From an uncultured virus (IMG/VR IMGVR_UViG_3300042894_007218) (taxonomy: Duplodnaviria; Heunggongvirae; Uroviricota; Caudoviricetes): 64,000 nucleotides of DNA. Of the stretch, positions 38,198 to 46,465 are shown piece after piece. The translations under genes were made by a program, and so were the position numbers. The DNA is taken from the IMG/VR virus record IMGVR_UViG_3300042894_007218. One strand, 5' to 3'. The notes under the pieces are model-generated. The model ran no database searches and had not been told where the DNA came from. It was given only the letters and a program-made list of their open reading frames with translations. Each line of letters begins with the position of its first letter. Position 1 is the first letter of the stretch.

Positions 38198-38677
38198 ATG
38201 AAAAAATTTACTCATATGGTAAATGAAGAAGTGGTTGGGAAATTCAAGCTGGGACTTGACATACATGGTGTGGTAGATTCAATGCCAGATTTCTTTTCAT
38301 TCTTAACAGATTCTTTTATTAAGAACGGTGGTGAAGTTCATATTATAACTGGTGGTCGTTGGGATGAAGAATTTGAGACTATGTTGAATAACTTTAACAT
38401 AAAATGGACACACAAATTTTCAGTTTATGATTATTTAAAAGAAACTGATACTGAAGTTATTGGTAAAGTTCAATTTCCAGATGGTACTGTACAAAAAAAA
38501 TTCAGAAATGATGATTGGGATGCTGTAAAAGGTTGGTACTGTAAGCAGAATGGAATTAATTTACATATTGATGATACTTTAATTTACAACAATTTCTTTT
38601 CTACTCCTTTTGCTAGACTATGGACACACTCTGGTCAACCAAAGGCACCTCATAAAGATGTCAGACATATGGATTAA
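38198..38677 (+). CDS. HAD-like protein
   Basis: GLDIHGV, IITG, K, HIDD. Confidence 0.65.
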   Translation: MKKFTHMVNEEVVGKFKLGLDIHGVVDSMPDFFSFLTDSFIKNGGEVHIITGGRWDEEFETMLNNFNIKWTHKFSVYDYLKETDTEVIGKVQFPDGTVQKKFRNDDWDAVKGWYCKQNGINLHIDDTLIYNNFFSTPFARLWTHSGQPKAPHKDVRHMD

Positions 38678-38712
38678 CTTTTCCATATTTTTTTTATATA
38701 AATTAGAAAAGT

Positions 38713-39060
38713 ATGTTTCAATCTGAAAAAAATCAAGAATTAGACCTAAATAACCCTATCTTTGTATTCTATGTAGATGTTGAGAATATATCTCGCCAAA
38801 GGGCTGAAGAATATATGGAGAATTGTAAAAAAAATTTCGATGTCTATAAAAATGCAACTATGTGGTTTGTTGCTGCCAAAAAAAGTGAAGTAGTTTGTGT
38901 TTATGATGGTTGGGGTAGAGTTAGAGACCACGAATTAAAAGATTTAATAGAAGAGATAAATAATAAAATAGAAATTATGTCTAATTCTCATTCATTTGAA
39001 GATTTTAAAATAAATGTAAGAGATTGGAGATTAGGTAAGTTAGTTGATGAAAAAGAGTAA
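38713..39060 (+). CDS. Small protein with a portal (gp20)-like segment
   Basis: IFVFYVDVENISRQRAEEYME; ends VRDWRLGKLV. Confidence 0.55.
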   Translation: MFQSEKNQELDLNNPIFVFYVDVENISRQRAEEYMENCKKNFDVYKNATMWFVAAKKSEVVCVYDGWGRVRDHELKDLIEEINNKIEIMSNSHSFEDFKINVRDWRLGKLVDEKE

Positions 39061-39403
39061 GTGGGATATATTAGGTAAGGAAATTGATAAAGATATCAAC
39101 TCAGAATATGATAGTTGGTTTTATTGGTGGTATGATGGTGGGGATTATTTTGACCATGATTATGGTCTATATTATACCTATGAATATTCCGAGCCTGTTT
39201 ATAGAGAATATTTTTCAAAAAGAGGTAAATGGGGTAAAGACAGACAATTGGTTGGAAACTATATTGATATGATGAGTGTATATGATATACAAACGCTAAG
39301 GCAGAAGAAAATTAATTTTTTACTAGGTGTTAATAATTGGGAAATTGCAAAAAAACCTACTTTGAAAGATATCAAAATTAATAAATACAGTGATGAAAAT
39401 TGA
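39047..39403 (+). CDS. Hypothetical Trp/Tyr-rich protein
   Basis: ORF track (ATG at 39047); contains LRQKKINFLL. Confidence 0.55.
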   Translation: MKKSKWDILGKEIDKDINSEYDSWFYWWYDGGDYFDHDYGLYYTYEYSEPVYREYFSKRGKWGKDRQLVGNYIDMMSVYDIQTLRQKKINFLLGVNNWEIAKKPTLKDIKINKYSDEN

Positions 39404-40523
39404 AATAAATGACGATAATTGGACTATAGACTTTGTTAAACATAACAAAGATAAAATTTTTGTATTCACTGACAATAATCTTAGAATTGGTAAAGTTGGT
39501 CAATCGATTATACGAGATTTGCCAAATACAAAGGGTATAAGAACTAAAAAAGGACCATCTGATAAACCAGTTGCTTTTTATTCTGATTCTGAATTTGAAC
39601 AGAATATTTACAATATTAGAGAAGATATTTTAGATTTAAAATCTGAATTATTAAATGGTAAAAAAGTCGTATTTTCAAAAAACGGTTATGGTGTTGGAAC
39701 ATCTCAAATAGAAAAAGTAGCACCTCGAACCTTTTTTAAGTTTTGTCAATTACTTGTTGGTCACTTTGGATTTGATAATATAACTGGTACACTTAGAAGA
39801 AGAGTTCCTGGTTATGATGAAATTATGGCAGGAACATATATTTCTTTAGATAATAAAAAATTTGAATCTAATGTTTTAACACCTGTGAATAATAGTTATT
39901 TCAAAAAAGAATATCTGGCTACAAATTTAAATACATTGTATGATTTAGTAACAAAAGGTAAAAAATTAGCATTTACATATCCTATCAACCATAATCTCGG
40001 TGATATAGTTATATTTTCTGTCAAAAATTCAAACAAATATTTAGTTTGCCGTGTTGTCGATTCTTACAATTACAAAGACATTAGTTCAAAAATGTGGTCT
40101 TTATTTGAAGGATATGAAAGTAGTTATATAGACACTTTACAATTAGCAAATAATGGTCAAAATCTATATCAAAATCATATTGATTTTATCTGTACTTTAG
40201 ATGAAGAAGGAAAAATGGAATTTAATCAACAACTGTTTGGTGATCAAAAAATGCAAAAACCAAAAGAAACTAAAGTTGTTGGTCAAACTCTTACTAATCC
40301 AGTTGATGTCATAATACCAGAAGGGTTTAAAAAACTTCTTAAAAAGAATAATTTAGAAGGAGAAATAGTGAAGTTTCCAGATTCTGAAAAAGATTATAAA
40401 GTATTTAAAAGGGAAAAATATCAAGTTCAAGTTGAAGATACTTTTTACGCTATAGAGTATATCAAATATCCTATTTGGGATTCAATTAAAATTTTATTAA
40501 CTTCAAAAAATTCTTTTCTATGA
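39390..40523 (+). CDS. Hypothetical protein, N-terminal macro-like/phage conserved domain
   Basis: IFVFTDN..R.GK.GQ.IIR..PN..GI.TKK.P. Confidence 0.55.
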   Translation: MMKIEINDDNWTIDFVKHNKDKIFVFTDNNLRIGKVGQSIIRDLPNTKGIRTKKGPSDKPVAFYSDSEFEQNIYNIREDILDLKSELLNGKKVVFSKNGYGVGTSQIEKVAPRTFFKFCQLLVGHFGFDNITGTLRRRVPGYDEIMAGTYISLDNKKFESNVLTPVNNSYFKKEYLATNLNTLYDLVTKGKKLAFTYPINHNLGDIVIFSVKNSNKYLVCRVVDSYNYKDISSKMWSLFEGYESSYIDTLQLANNGQNLYQNHIDFICTLDEEGKMEFNQQLFGDQKMQKPKETKVVGQTLTNPVDVIIPEGFKKLLKKNNLEGEIVKFPDSEKDYKVFKREKYQVQVEDTFYAIEYIKYPIWDSIKILLTSKNSFL

Positions 40524-40939
40524 ACATAAGTGATATTGTGAGAAAAGAAGGTGATTTTCATCGTTGGTTTGAGAACTGCGATGAGATAGAAATCGAGTGT
40601 GTGATTAGAAGAAACGGAGTTGGTGCTCTTTGTGGATATGTCTTAATAAATTCGGACAATACACTTTTTGGCTTAGATTATGATGAAATTTCTTATCGTA
40701 TCGACTATACACCGCACGGTGGATTGACTTTTTCTGATGAATTTGAAGGTGGTTGGTTAGTAGGATTTGACTGTGCCCATGCTGGTGACTTGTGTCCAAA
40801 TTTACCCACTAATTATGGTGGTGGAACCTATAGAGATTTAGAATATGTAAAATCTGAATGTTATCAATTAGCTAAAAGTGTATCGGTACACTCAAAATTA
40901 ATTCGTAGATTGAAAAATATTACTAATGTTTTAGATTAA
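40520..40939 (+). CDS. Conserved phage hypothetical protein
   Basis: LCGYV, HGGLTFS, GFDCAHAGD. Confidence 0.7.
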   Translation: MNISDIVRKEGDFHRWFENCDEIEIECVIRRNGVGALCGYVLINSDNTLFGLDYDEISYRIDYTPHGGLTFSDEFEGGWLVGFDCAHAGDLCPNLPTNYGGGTYRDLEYVKSECYQLAKSVSVHSKLIRRLKNITNVLD

Positions 40940-40941
40940 TA

Positions 40942-41151
40942 TTAATTTAAATCCGGAATAGTAATATCAAAGTTTTCTGGTTGACCTAAAACCACTTCAA
41001 TTGATTGGTCATAAATTATATACCAGAATCCATATTGATAACCACACCAATGTTCTGTTACGCAATCTGGTTTTGGATAACCATAATAAGTGTCACATTG
41101 TGATATTGCTGCTTGTGCTTCTTGTTCTGTTGTAAATTTGTAACCTGTCAT
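40942..41151 (-). CDS. Small fibre-associated (chaperone-like) protein; near duplicate of 46120..46344
   Basis: First 39 aa identical to the 46344 gene. Confidence 0.7.
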   Translation of the reverse strand: MTGYKFTTEQEAQAAISQCDTYYGYPKPDCVTEHWCGYQYGFWYIIYDQSIEVVLGQPENFDITIPDLN

Positions 41152-41165
41152 AATTTATTTTATTT

Positions 41166-42344
41166 TTAGTATACTGAATAGAAAGTGTTCATATTAGTAT
41201 CTATTCCTGTTTTATTTGATGATTGGTCTGAATTCCACATTATCATTTCACTTAATTTACCTTGATAATGTCCAAATCCATTTAAATATCTATTTGCTCT
41301 CATCGCTGATCCCCACGCTCCGAGTGACGATTCTGAGTTACCATTATATGAAGCGTATAGGTTTAGACTTCTCATATTAACATATAATACAAATGGATTG
41401 GTTGATGGTCCCGCTAAAGTAAATGTTCTATTACTTAAAGGTGAACCTGGAAAAGGTGTACCAAAATCATTTTTATAAAACTCAAAATTACCTGAACTAT
41501 TTATAAAAATCCTTTCATAGCTATCTTCGTAATTTACAAAAAAGTTATTACCTGCAGTTTCAATTTTACCAACAGCATATAATGTCCGATAATCTACATT
41601 AGTATAACCAGCCACTGGATTATTAGGTCTATAAAAAACATTTATACCTGTTGTATTTAAACAAGGATTACTATTTAATGTTTCAATAGTTCCTGAATTA
41701 ACAATTTTTGCTTGTGTGACTGCTTGCCACCAAGTCATATTTATATTATTTCCCGATTGATCGTACCAGGTAACAACATAGCCACTTACTGCGCCAACAA
41801 ATGTTGTTAAAGTAGATTGATTCAAATTTCCACTACCATCAAATCCTATATCCTGTTCTGTATTATCAGACGATCTTCTAACTCTGATAGCAGAACCGGT
41901 GTATGTTGATGACAGTTTTCTTAAAGAATATGCGGCTGCCGCACCACTGTATGTGTCTAGTAGAAGTTCTATACCTGGTACAAAAGAAGTCCAATGTCCA
42001 TTTGTATCTATCCAACTCTTAGCTGCAGAGGCACTATTAAAAGATTGGCCAAAAAACTTATTAACTGCTGTTATGAAATCAGAATCTGTTTTTGCTACAC
42101 TTCTATAAAATCTGATTGAATTACCAACATAAAATCCTTTACTTGATGTTCCCGCAATTGGATAAGTTCTGTTTTGACTTGATGTTTTACCGAGTAAATA
42201 ACCAGAACTATCATCTGGTGATATTTGTATAAAAAGACTTCCTGAGTTTACAGGAAAACTATCAAAAACAGCAATATTTCCAACTTGAGTTGCTCCTAAT
42301 GGTGGTGTTCCTGATGGATTAAATGCGAAAGGTTTAGTTGCCAA
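41166..42344 (-). CDS. Modular fibre/adhesin-like virion protein A (TTG start)
   Basis: N-domain shared with B and C; C-domain AAYSLRKL..YTGSAIRVRRSSDN.EQDIGF, WYDQSGN (lectin-like). Confidence 0.7.
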   Translation of the reverse strand: MATKPFAFNPSGTPPLGATQVGNIAVFDSFPVNSGSLFIQISPDDSSGYLLGKTSSQNRTYPIAGTSSKGFYVGNSIRFYRSVAKTDSDFITAVNKFFGQSFNSASAAKSWIDTNGHWTSFVPGIELLLDTYSGAAAAYSLRKLSSTYTGSAIRVRRSSDNTEQDIGFDGSGNLNQSTLTTFVGAVSGYVVTWYDQSGNNINMTWWQAVTQAKIVNSGTIETLNSNPCLNTTGINVFYRPNNPVAGYTNVDYRTLYAVGKIETAGNNFFVNYEDSYERIFINSSGNFEFYKNDFGTPFPGSPLSNRTFTLAGPSTNPFVLYVNMRSLNLYASYNGNSESSLGAWGSAMRANRYLNGFGHYQGKLSEMIMWNSDQSSNKTGIDTNMNTFYSVY

Positions 42345-42360
42345 TTTTTATTTTATTTTT

Positions 42361-42579
42361 TTACAAATTTCCAAAATCAACCACTACTGGATTAAAATCA
42401 ATTTCTGGTAGATTATTAATCCAACTTGTGAATTCTTGATTTTGACATTGATTAACTTCTTCATTTGAAATAATCCAATTTCCATCAGTGTCTTGAATAG
42501 GATTAAAGAATTGTGTTCCGTCATATGTCTGACCTATGATGAGGTCTTTTTGAATTTCTGTTAATTGTCTTACTTTCAT
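42361..42579 (-). CDS. Small fibre-associated (chaperone-like) protein
   Basis: LTEIQKDLIIGQTY..FFNPIQD. Confidence 0.65.
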   Translation of the reverse strand: MKVRQLTEIQKDLIIGQTYDGTQFFNPIQDTDGNWIISNEEVNQCQNQEFTSWINNLPEIDFNPVVVDFGNL

Positions 42580-42596
42580 AACTTATTTATTTTTTT

Positions 42597-43703
42597 TTAT
42601 ACTTGACGTCCAAGGGTTGTTTGGAATGCTTGCACTGCTGTGTAGAAGTTAGCTGCTTCAGTGTCTGTTAGACCTAAACCTATTGATGCTAAAGCGCACT
42701 GATTTGTACCCCATCCATTTTGATTACCAAATAATCCTAAGTTTCCCATATAACTACCAGTATATGATGTTGAGGATATTGTTCCTGTTACAATTGAACT
42801 ACCATTTTTAAATAATTTTGCAGTAGTGCTTACTCCTTTACCACAATAAAACCCTCTTGCATCAGTATTAGCAACATTTATAATACCATTGTTTTGATAA
42901 TAAGCATTACTATTCGGAGTATATTTTAAAATTAAACCCAATGTGTTATTGCTATTCGTAGATAAAACAACATCATCACCACCAATATTATTAGTCCTTG
43001 AATAAAATGAAACGTGATTATCTTGTGGTGTTACACCAGTTCCTCCAATTGCATATAAAGGAAAGTTAAGATTTCCCCATCCGTTTGTTCCGTTTGGCAA
43101 AACTCCATTACTGCTGTGTGTAAGGCCCCCATTCCAAGTAATCTGATACTGAGCAGTATTCATAAAATTATATGAATGCTTTCCAGCAGTACCTCCTACA
43201 AACGGATATAAAGCCTTCATCTTAGAAGTAAGTCCATAGGTAGTTAAGTCTGTCTCAAGTGTATTTAATGCGCCTAAGATAGTCAAGTCCGTTTCTCCCG
43301 TAGCAGCTATCCAAGCAGTGGTAAGTAGTCCGTATGAGTTATTAGAGGTGTAAGAAGTCCAATAACCATTCGTGTTTAACCAGTTTTTAGCAGTTGTCAC
43401 ATCACTAAATGATTGGCCTATAGCCTTTTTTACAAGTGATAAAAACAAATTATCAGTTTTAGAACTAGTTCTCCAAAAACCTACAGAATTTGTTGCGATA
43501 TTCATGGTCTTATTTGCCGCAGTTCTTGGTCCAGATGGATGTGCAATAACATACCCTAAATCCTCATCTGGTCCGTTAAACCATTGAAGACCACCAGCAG
43601 AATTTAGAAAACCAGTATCCTGAACTGCTACGTTTCCAAATTGAGTTGCACCGGTTGGTGCGGTCACTGATAAGTTGTATGCAAAAGCTCTTGATGTTGC
43701 CAT
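42597..43703 (-). CDS. Modular fibre/adhesin-like virion protein B
   Basis: MATSRAFAYN, WFNGPDE.LGYVIA, KMKALYPFVGG, FQTTLGRQV. Confidence 0.7.
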   Translation of the reverse strand: MATSRAFAYNLSVTAPTGATQFGNVAVQDTGFLNSAGGLQWFNGPDEDLGYVIAHPSGPRTAANKTMNIATNSVGFWRTSSKTDNLFLSLVKKAIGQSFSDVTTAKNWLNTNGYWTSYTSNNSYGLLTTAWIAATGETDLTILGALNTLETDLTTYGLTSKMKALYPFVGGTAGKHSYNFMNTAQYQITWNGGLTHSSNGVLPNGTNGWGNLNFPLYAIGGTGVTPQDNHVSFYSRTNNIGGDDVVLSTNSNNTLGLILKYTPNSNAYYQNNGIINVANTDARGFYCGKGVSTTAKLFKNGSSIVTGTISSTSYTGSYMGNLGLFGNQNGWGTNQCALASIGLGLTDTEAANFYTAVQAFQTTLGRQV

Positions 43704-43764
43704 AAATTATATATTAAATTTTGAATCATTTAAAACTTTTTGTATTTTTGTCAAAATAAAAAAT

Positions 43765-43902
43765 ATGGACACTACGACAACAATTAATGATTATTTAGAA
43801 AACCCCGCTTACGACTTTGAATCACTTTCTGATTTAATTTCAATGGCTCAAGATTACCAATACCAACAATTGATGTCCGAACTTCAAGAAGAAGGTTTAT
43901 AA
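43765..43902 (+). CDS. 45 aa acidic peptide
   Basis: MDTTTTINDYLENPAYDFESLSDLISMAQDYQYQQLMSELQEEGL after an A-rich leader. Confidence 0.5.
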   Translation: MDTTTTINDYLENPAYDFESLSDLISMAQDYQYQQLMSELQEEGL

Positions 43903-43910
43903 TACTATAC

Positions 43911-43981
43911 GGTTGGGTGACCGAGATCTTAGGTGTCACTACGCAATAGTGAATACGGTAGTTAGTTACTATCCCCAACCT
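43911..43981 (+). tRNA. Atypical tRNA-Cys(GCA)-like RNA
   Basis: 7/3/5/5-bp cloverleaf, anticodon GCA at 43943-45, U73 discriminator; non-canonical loops; no encoded CCA. Confidence 0.65.
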
Positions 43982-43995
43982 CTAATTTATTTTTT

Positions 43996-44544
43996 ATGTC
44001 AATTTATATAAGTAGACAAGACTACCAAAGAGACTTATTACCAGAATTTAGAGATTTCAAATTGAAGTTAATTCAATCTGATGTGGATTTTTCAGTCAGT
44101 AAAGACCTCGTGAAAAAATATCATACAGACTTAACTTTTATTAGAAATAATTTTAAAAACGATATAATCTCTGGATCAATTGCTTTAGGTTTATTAGGTC
44201 TTATTAATAGAGTGGCTTCTGATATTGATATTCTTATTAAAGATAAGAACCGATATTCTGGATATATCAATAGCACATATTTTGCTTATGAATCCAGTAA
44301 TATGGATAATCGACTTGGTTATATCAATTTTGAATATAAAAAGAACTTCTTTTCAAAAACCAGATTTTATGAGGTTGATTTCTTTTTAAATTTGGATGCT
44401 AAATATATTGAATTTGATTTTGAAGGAACTACTCTTAAACTACAACATCCTTTAGAAATTATTTCAGCTAAAATGCGAATGACTCGTTCTCATAAACACT
44501 ATAGAGATTTGGAAATTATCTTTGCAAAATTTGCAGTTTTATAA
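43996..44544 (+). CDS. Pol-beta-superfamily nucleotidyltransferase-like protein
   Basis: ISGSIAL...SDIDIL, EVDFF, K...R.HKH.RD. Confidence 0.7.
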   Translation: MSIYISRQDYQRDLLPEFRDFKLKLIQSDVDFSVSKDLVKKYHTDLTFIRNNFKNDIISGSIALGLLGLINRVASDIDILIKDKNRYSGYINSTYFAYESSNMDNRLGYINFEYKKNFFSKTRFYEVDFFLNLDAKYIEFDFEGTTLKLQHPLEIISAKMRMTRSHKHYRDLEIIFAKFAVL

Positions 44545-45213
44545 CTTATTCTTTTTAATATCTCTATTTACTTTACTACATAAAGGTTGAAGATTTGTGA
44601 AGTGGTTTAATTTTATTACATCTTCTTCTGTCTGAGCTGATGATAAAGGTATAATGTGATCTATGTCCCATCCATAATTAAATTCGCCATCATATAAACC
44701 TTTATTTTCCCATGTCATCCAATCCTCAAACTTAGACTCCAAGTATATTTTAAGTTCATCAAAAGAACATCCTAATATTTCAATTGTTTTTAAGCTTTTC
44801 TTATAACCTTTACTTTTTAACACACTTGATATATAACTACGGATTAGACATTTAATATTGTATACTGGATCTTCTTGTTTTTTTCTTTTCAAATATTCGT
44901 TTCTATATTTTCTTTTCTCTTCAATGGGTCTGTTTTTATCCCATTCTCTCTTTTTTTCATTTAAAACATCTCTATTTTTCTCTCTATATTTTTTACTTTT
45001 TTCAGAATGTAATTCTTTATTATCATGGTAATTTTTAAGAGCATATTGATTTCTATATTCTCTATTTTCTTCATTCCATTTGTCTCTTTTTTCTTTAAAG
45101 TATTCATAGTTTTTTTTATAATATTCTTTATTATATTCTTTGATACAATCTTTACATGTTTTTGATTTCAATTTTTCTTTTGACTCTTTACCGCATTTTT
45201 TACAAACCTCCAT
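44539..45213 (-). CDS. HNH endonuclease with N-terminal Zn finger and charged repeats
   Basis: CKKC/CKDC, WDIDHIIPLS, NHFTNLQPLCSKVN; likely start MEVCKKC at 45213. Confidence 0.85.
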   Translation of the reverse strand: MEVCKKCGKESKEKLKSKTCKDCIKEYNKEYYKKNYEYFKEKRDKWNEENREYRNQYALKNYHDNKELHSEKSKKYREKNRDVLNEKKREWDKNRPIEEKRKYRNEYLKRKKQEDPVYNIKCLIRSYISSVLKSKGYKKSLKTIEILGCSFDELKIYLESKFEDWMTWENKGLYDGEFNYGWDIDHIIPLSSAQTEEDVIKLNHFTNLQPLCSKVNRDIKKNKL

Positions 45214-45277
45214 AACATTTTTAATTTTTTTTGTATAAATTATATATAAAAAAAGATAATTTCCCTCCACAGAAAAT

Positions 45278-45448
45278 ATGAAAAAAGTTTACGAGTCAAA
45301 AAAAATTTATAGTGATAAATATAATAAATCACATAAAAGTATTAGGATAACAAAAGAACTCTATGAAAGATTACAAAATCACATAGATGGTAAAAATATA
45401 ACCATTAAAGATTACATTGAATCTTTAATTGAAAAGTCTATTAAATAG
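45278..45448 (+). CDS. 56 aa ribbon-helix-helix-like protein (not in ORF track)
   Basis: ...KSIRITKELYERLQNHIDGKNITIKDYIESLIEKSIK; divergent from the HNH gene. Confidence 0.6.
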   Translation: MKKVYESKKIYSDKYNKSHKSIRITKELYERLQNHIDGKNITIKDYIESLIEKSIK

Positions 45449-45483
45449 TTCTTTTATTGAAATTAATTTCATATATTTGTCAT

Positions 45484-46119
45484 ATGAAATATTTGAACTA
45501 TAGGTATATTTTTCCACCCAGACCTAAGAATGCGGTCAGTCCAGAAGATTTAGACTTTTGGGACAATGGAAGTCTAATCTGCCAACCGAAGTTAAATGGT
45601 AGTAACGCAAGTATCTATACAAATGGTAAAAAAATCATTGTTATGAATAGACATGGTCAAAGACTCACAAATGTAAAAGTTTCTGATTCAGAGATTTTAT
45701 CTCTTTATAGAGGCAATGGTGGATGGATGATTTTAAATTGCGAATATCTTAACAAATCCAAATCTGACGAAACTGGACAACCTTTTAACCACAAGTTTGT
45801 TATTTTTGATATTCTTTGTATTGATGGTGATTATCTTGTTGGTAAAACATTTCAAGAAAGAGTTCAACTTTTAGATAATCTTTATGATCAAAAAGACTGC
45901 GAGAAAGAATATCTTTTTGGTATTTCAGAAAATGTATATCGTGTTAAATCTTATTTGACTGGATTTAATGAATTGTATAATAAATTAACACCAATTGATA
46001 TGATTGAAGGATTGGTTATGAAAAGAAGAAATGCTAGACTTGAAGTTGGAAGTTCTGAAATGAACAATGTTAAAAGTCAAATTAAATGCAGAAAAGCAAC
46101 TAAGAACTACAAGTATTAA
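45484..46119 (+). CDS. ATP-dependent ligase-like adenylation domain protein
   Basis: QPKLNG, LNCEY, FVIFDIL, EGLVMK; no OB-fold; TATATTTG promoter at 45472. Confidence 0.75.
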   Translation: MKYLNYRYIFPPRPKNAVSPEDLDFWDNGSLICQPKLNGSNASIYTNGKKIIVMNRHGQRLTNVKVSDSEILSLYRGNGGWMILNCEYLNKSKSDETGQPFNHKFVIFDILCIDGDYLVGKTFQERVQLLDNLYDQKDCEKEYLFGISENVYRVKSYLTGFNELYNKLTPIDMIEGLVMKRRNARLEVGSSEMNNVKSQIKCRKATKNYKY

Positions 46120-46344
46120 TTACATTCCTAAATCTGGCAAAGTCACATCAAATTCTTCTGGTTGACCTAAAACCACTTCAATTGATTGGTCATAGACAAT
46201 ATAGTAGAAATTATCTAATTCAGAGAATTGATATCCGCACCAATGTTCTGTTACGCAATCTGGTTTTGGATAACCATAATAAGTGTCACATTGTGATATT
46301 GCTGCTTGTGCTTCTTGTTCTGTTGTAAATTTGTAACCTGTCAT
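46120..46344 (-). CDS. Small fibre-associated protein; duplicate of 40942..41151
   Basis: About 120 nt identical to 41045-41167. Confidence 0.7.
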   Translation of the reverse strand: MTGYKFTTEQEAQAAISQCDTYYGYPKPDCVTEHWCGYQFSELDNFYYIVYDQSIEVVLGQPEEFDVTLPDLGM

Positions 46345-46360
46345 AATTTATTTTATTTTT

Positions 46361-46462
46361 ATCCTCAGTGTATTGCTGACCTACCAATTCGTCTTTTTGT
46401 ACTTCTGTTAATAGTCCAACATATGTGGACCATTGTGCTTGTTTTATGTCTGTTAGTTTCAT
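46361..46462 (-). pseudogene. Truncated paralog of the 42361..42579 chaperone-like gene
   Basis: MKLTDIKQAQWSTYVGLLTEVQKDELVGQQYTED, then an abrupt switch to the duplicated sequence. Confidence 0.65.
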
Positions 46463-46465
46463 AGT

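Noticed and set aside
43784..43978. 64 aa minus-strand ORF
   Set aside because: Antisense to the tRNA-like RNA and the acidic peptide
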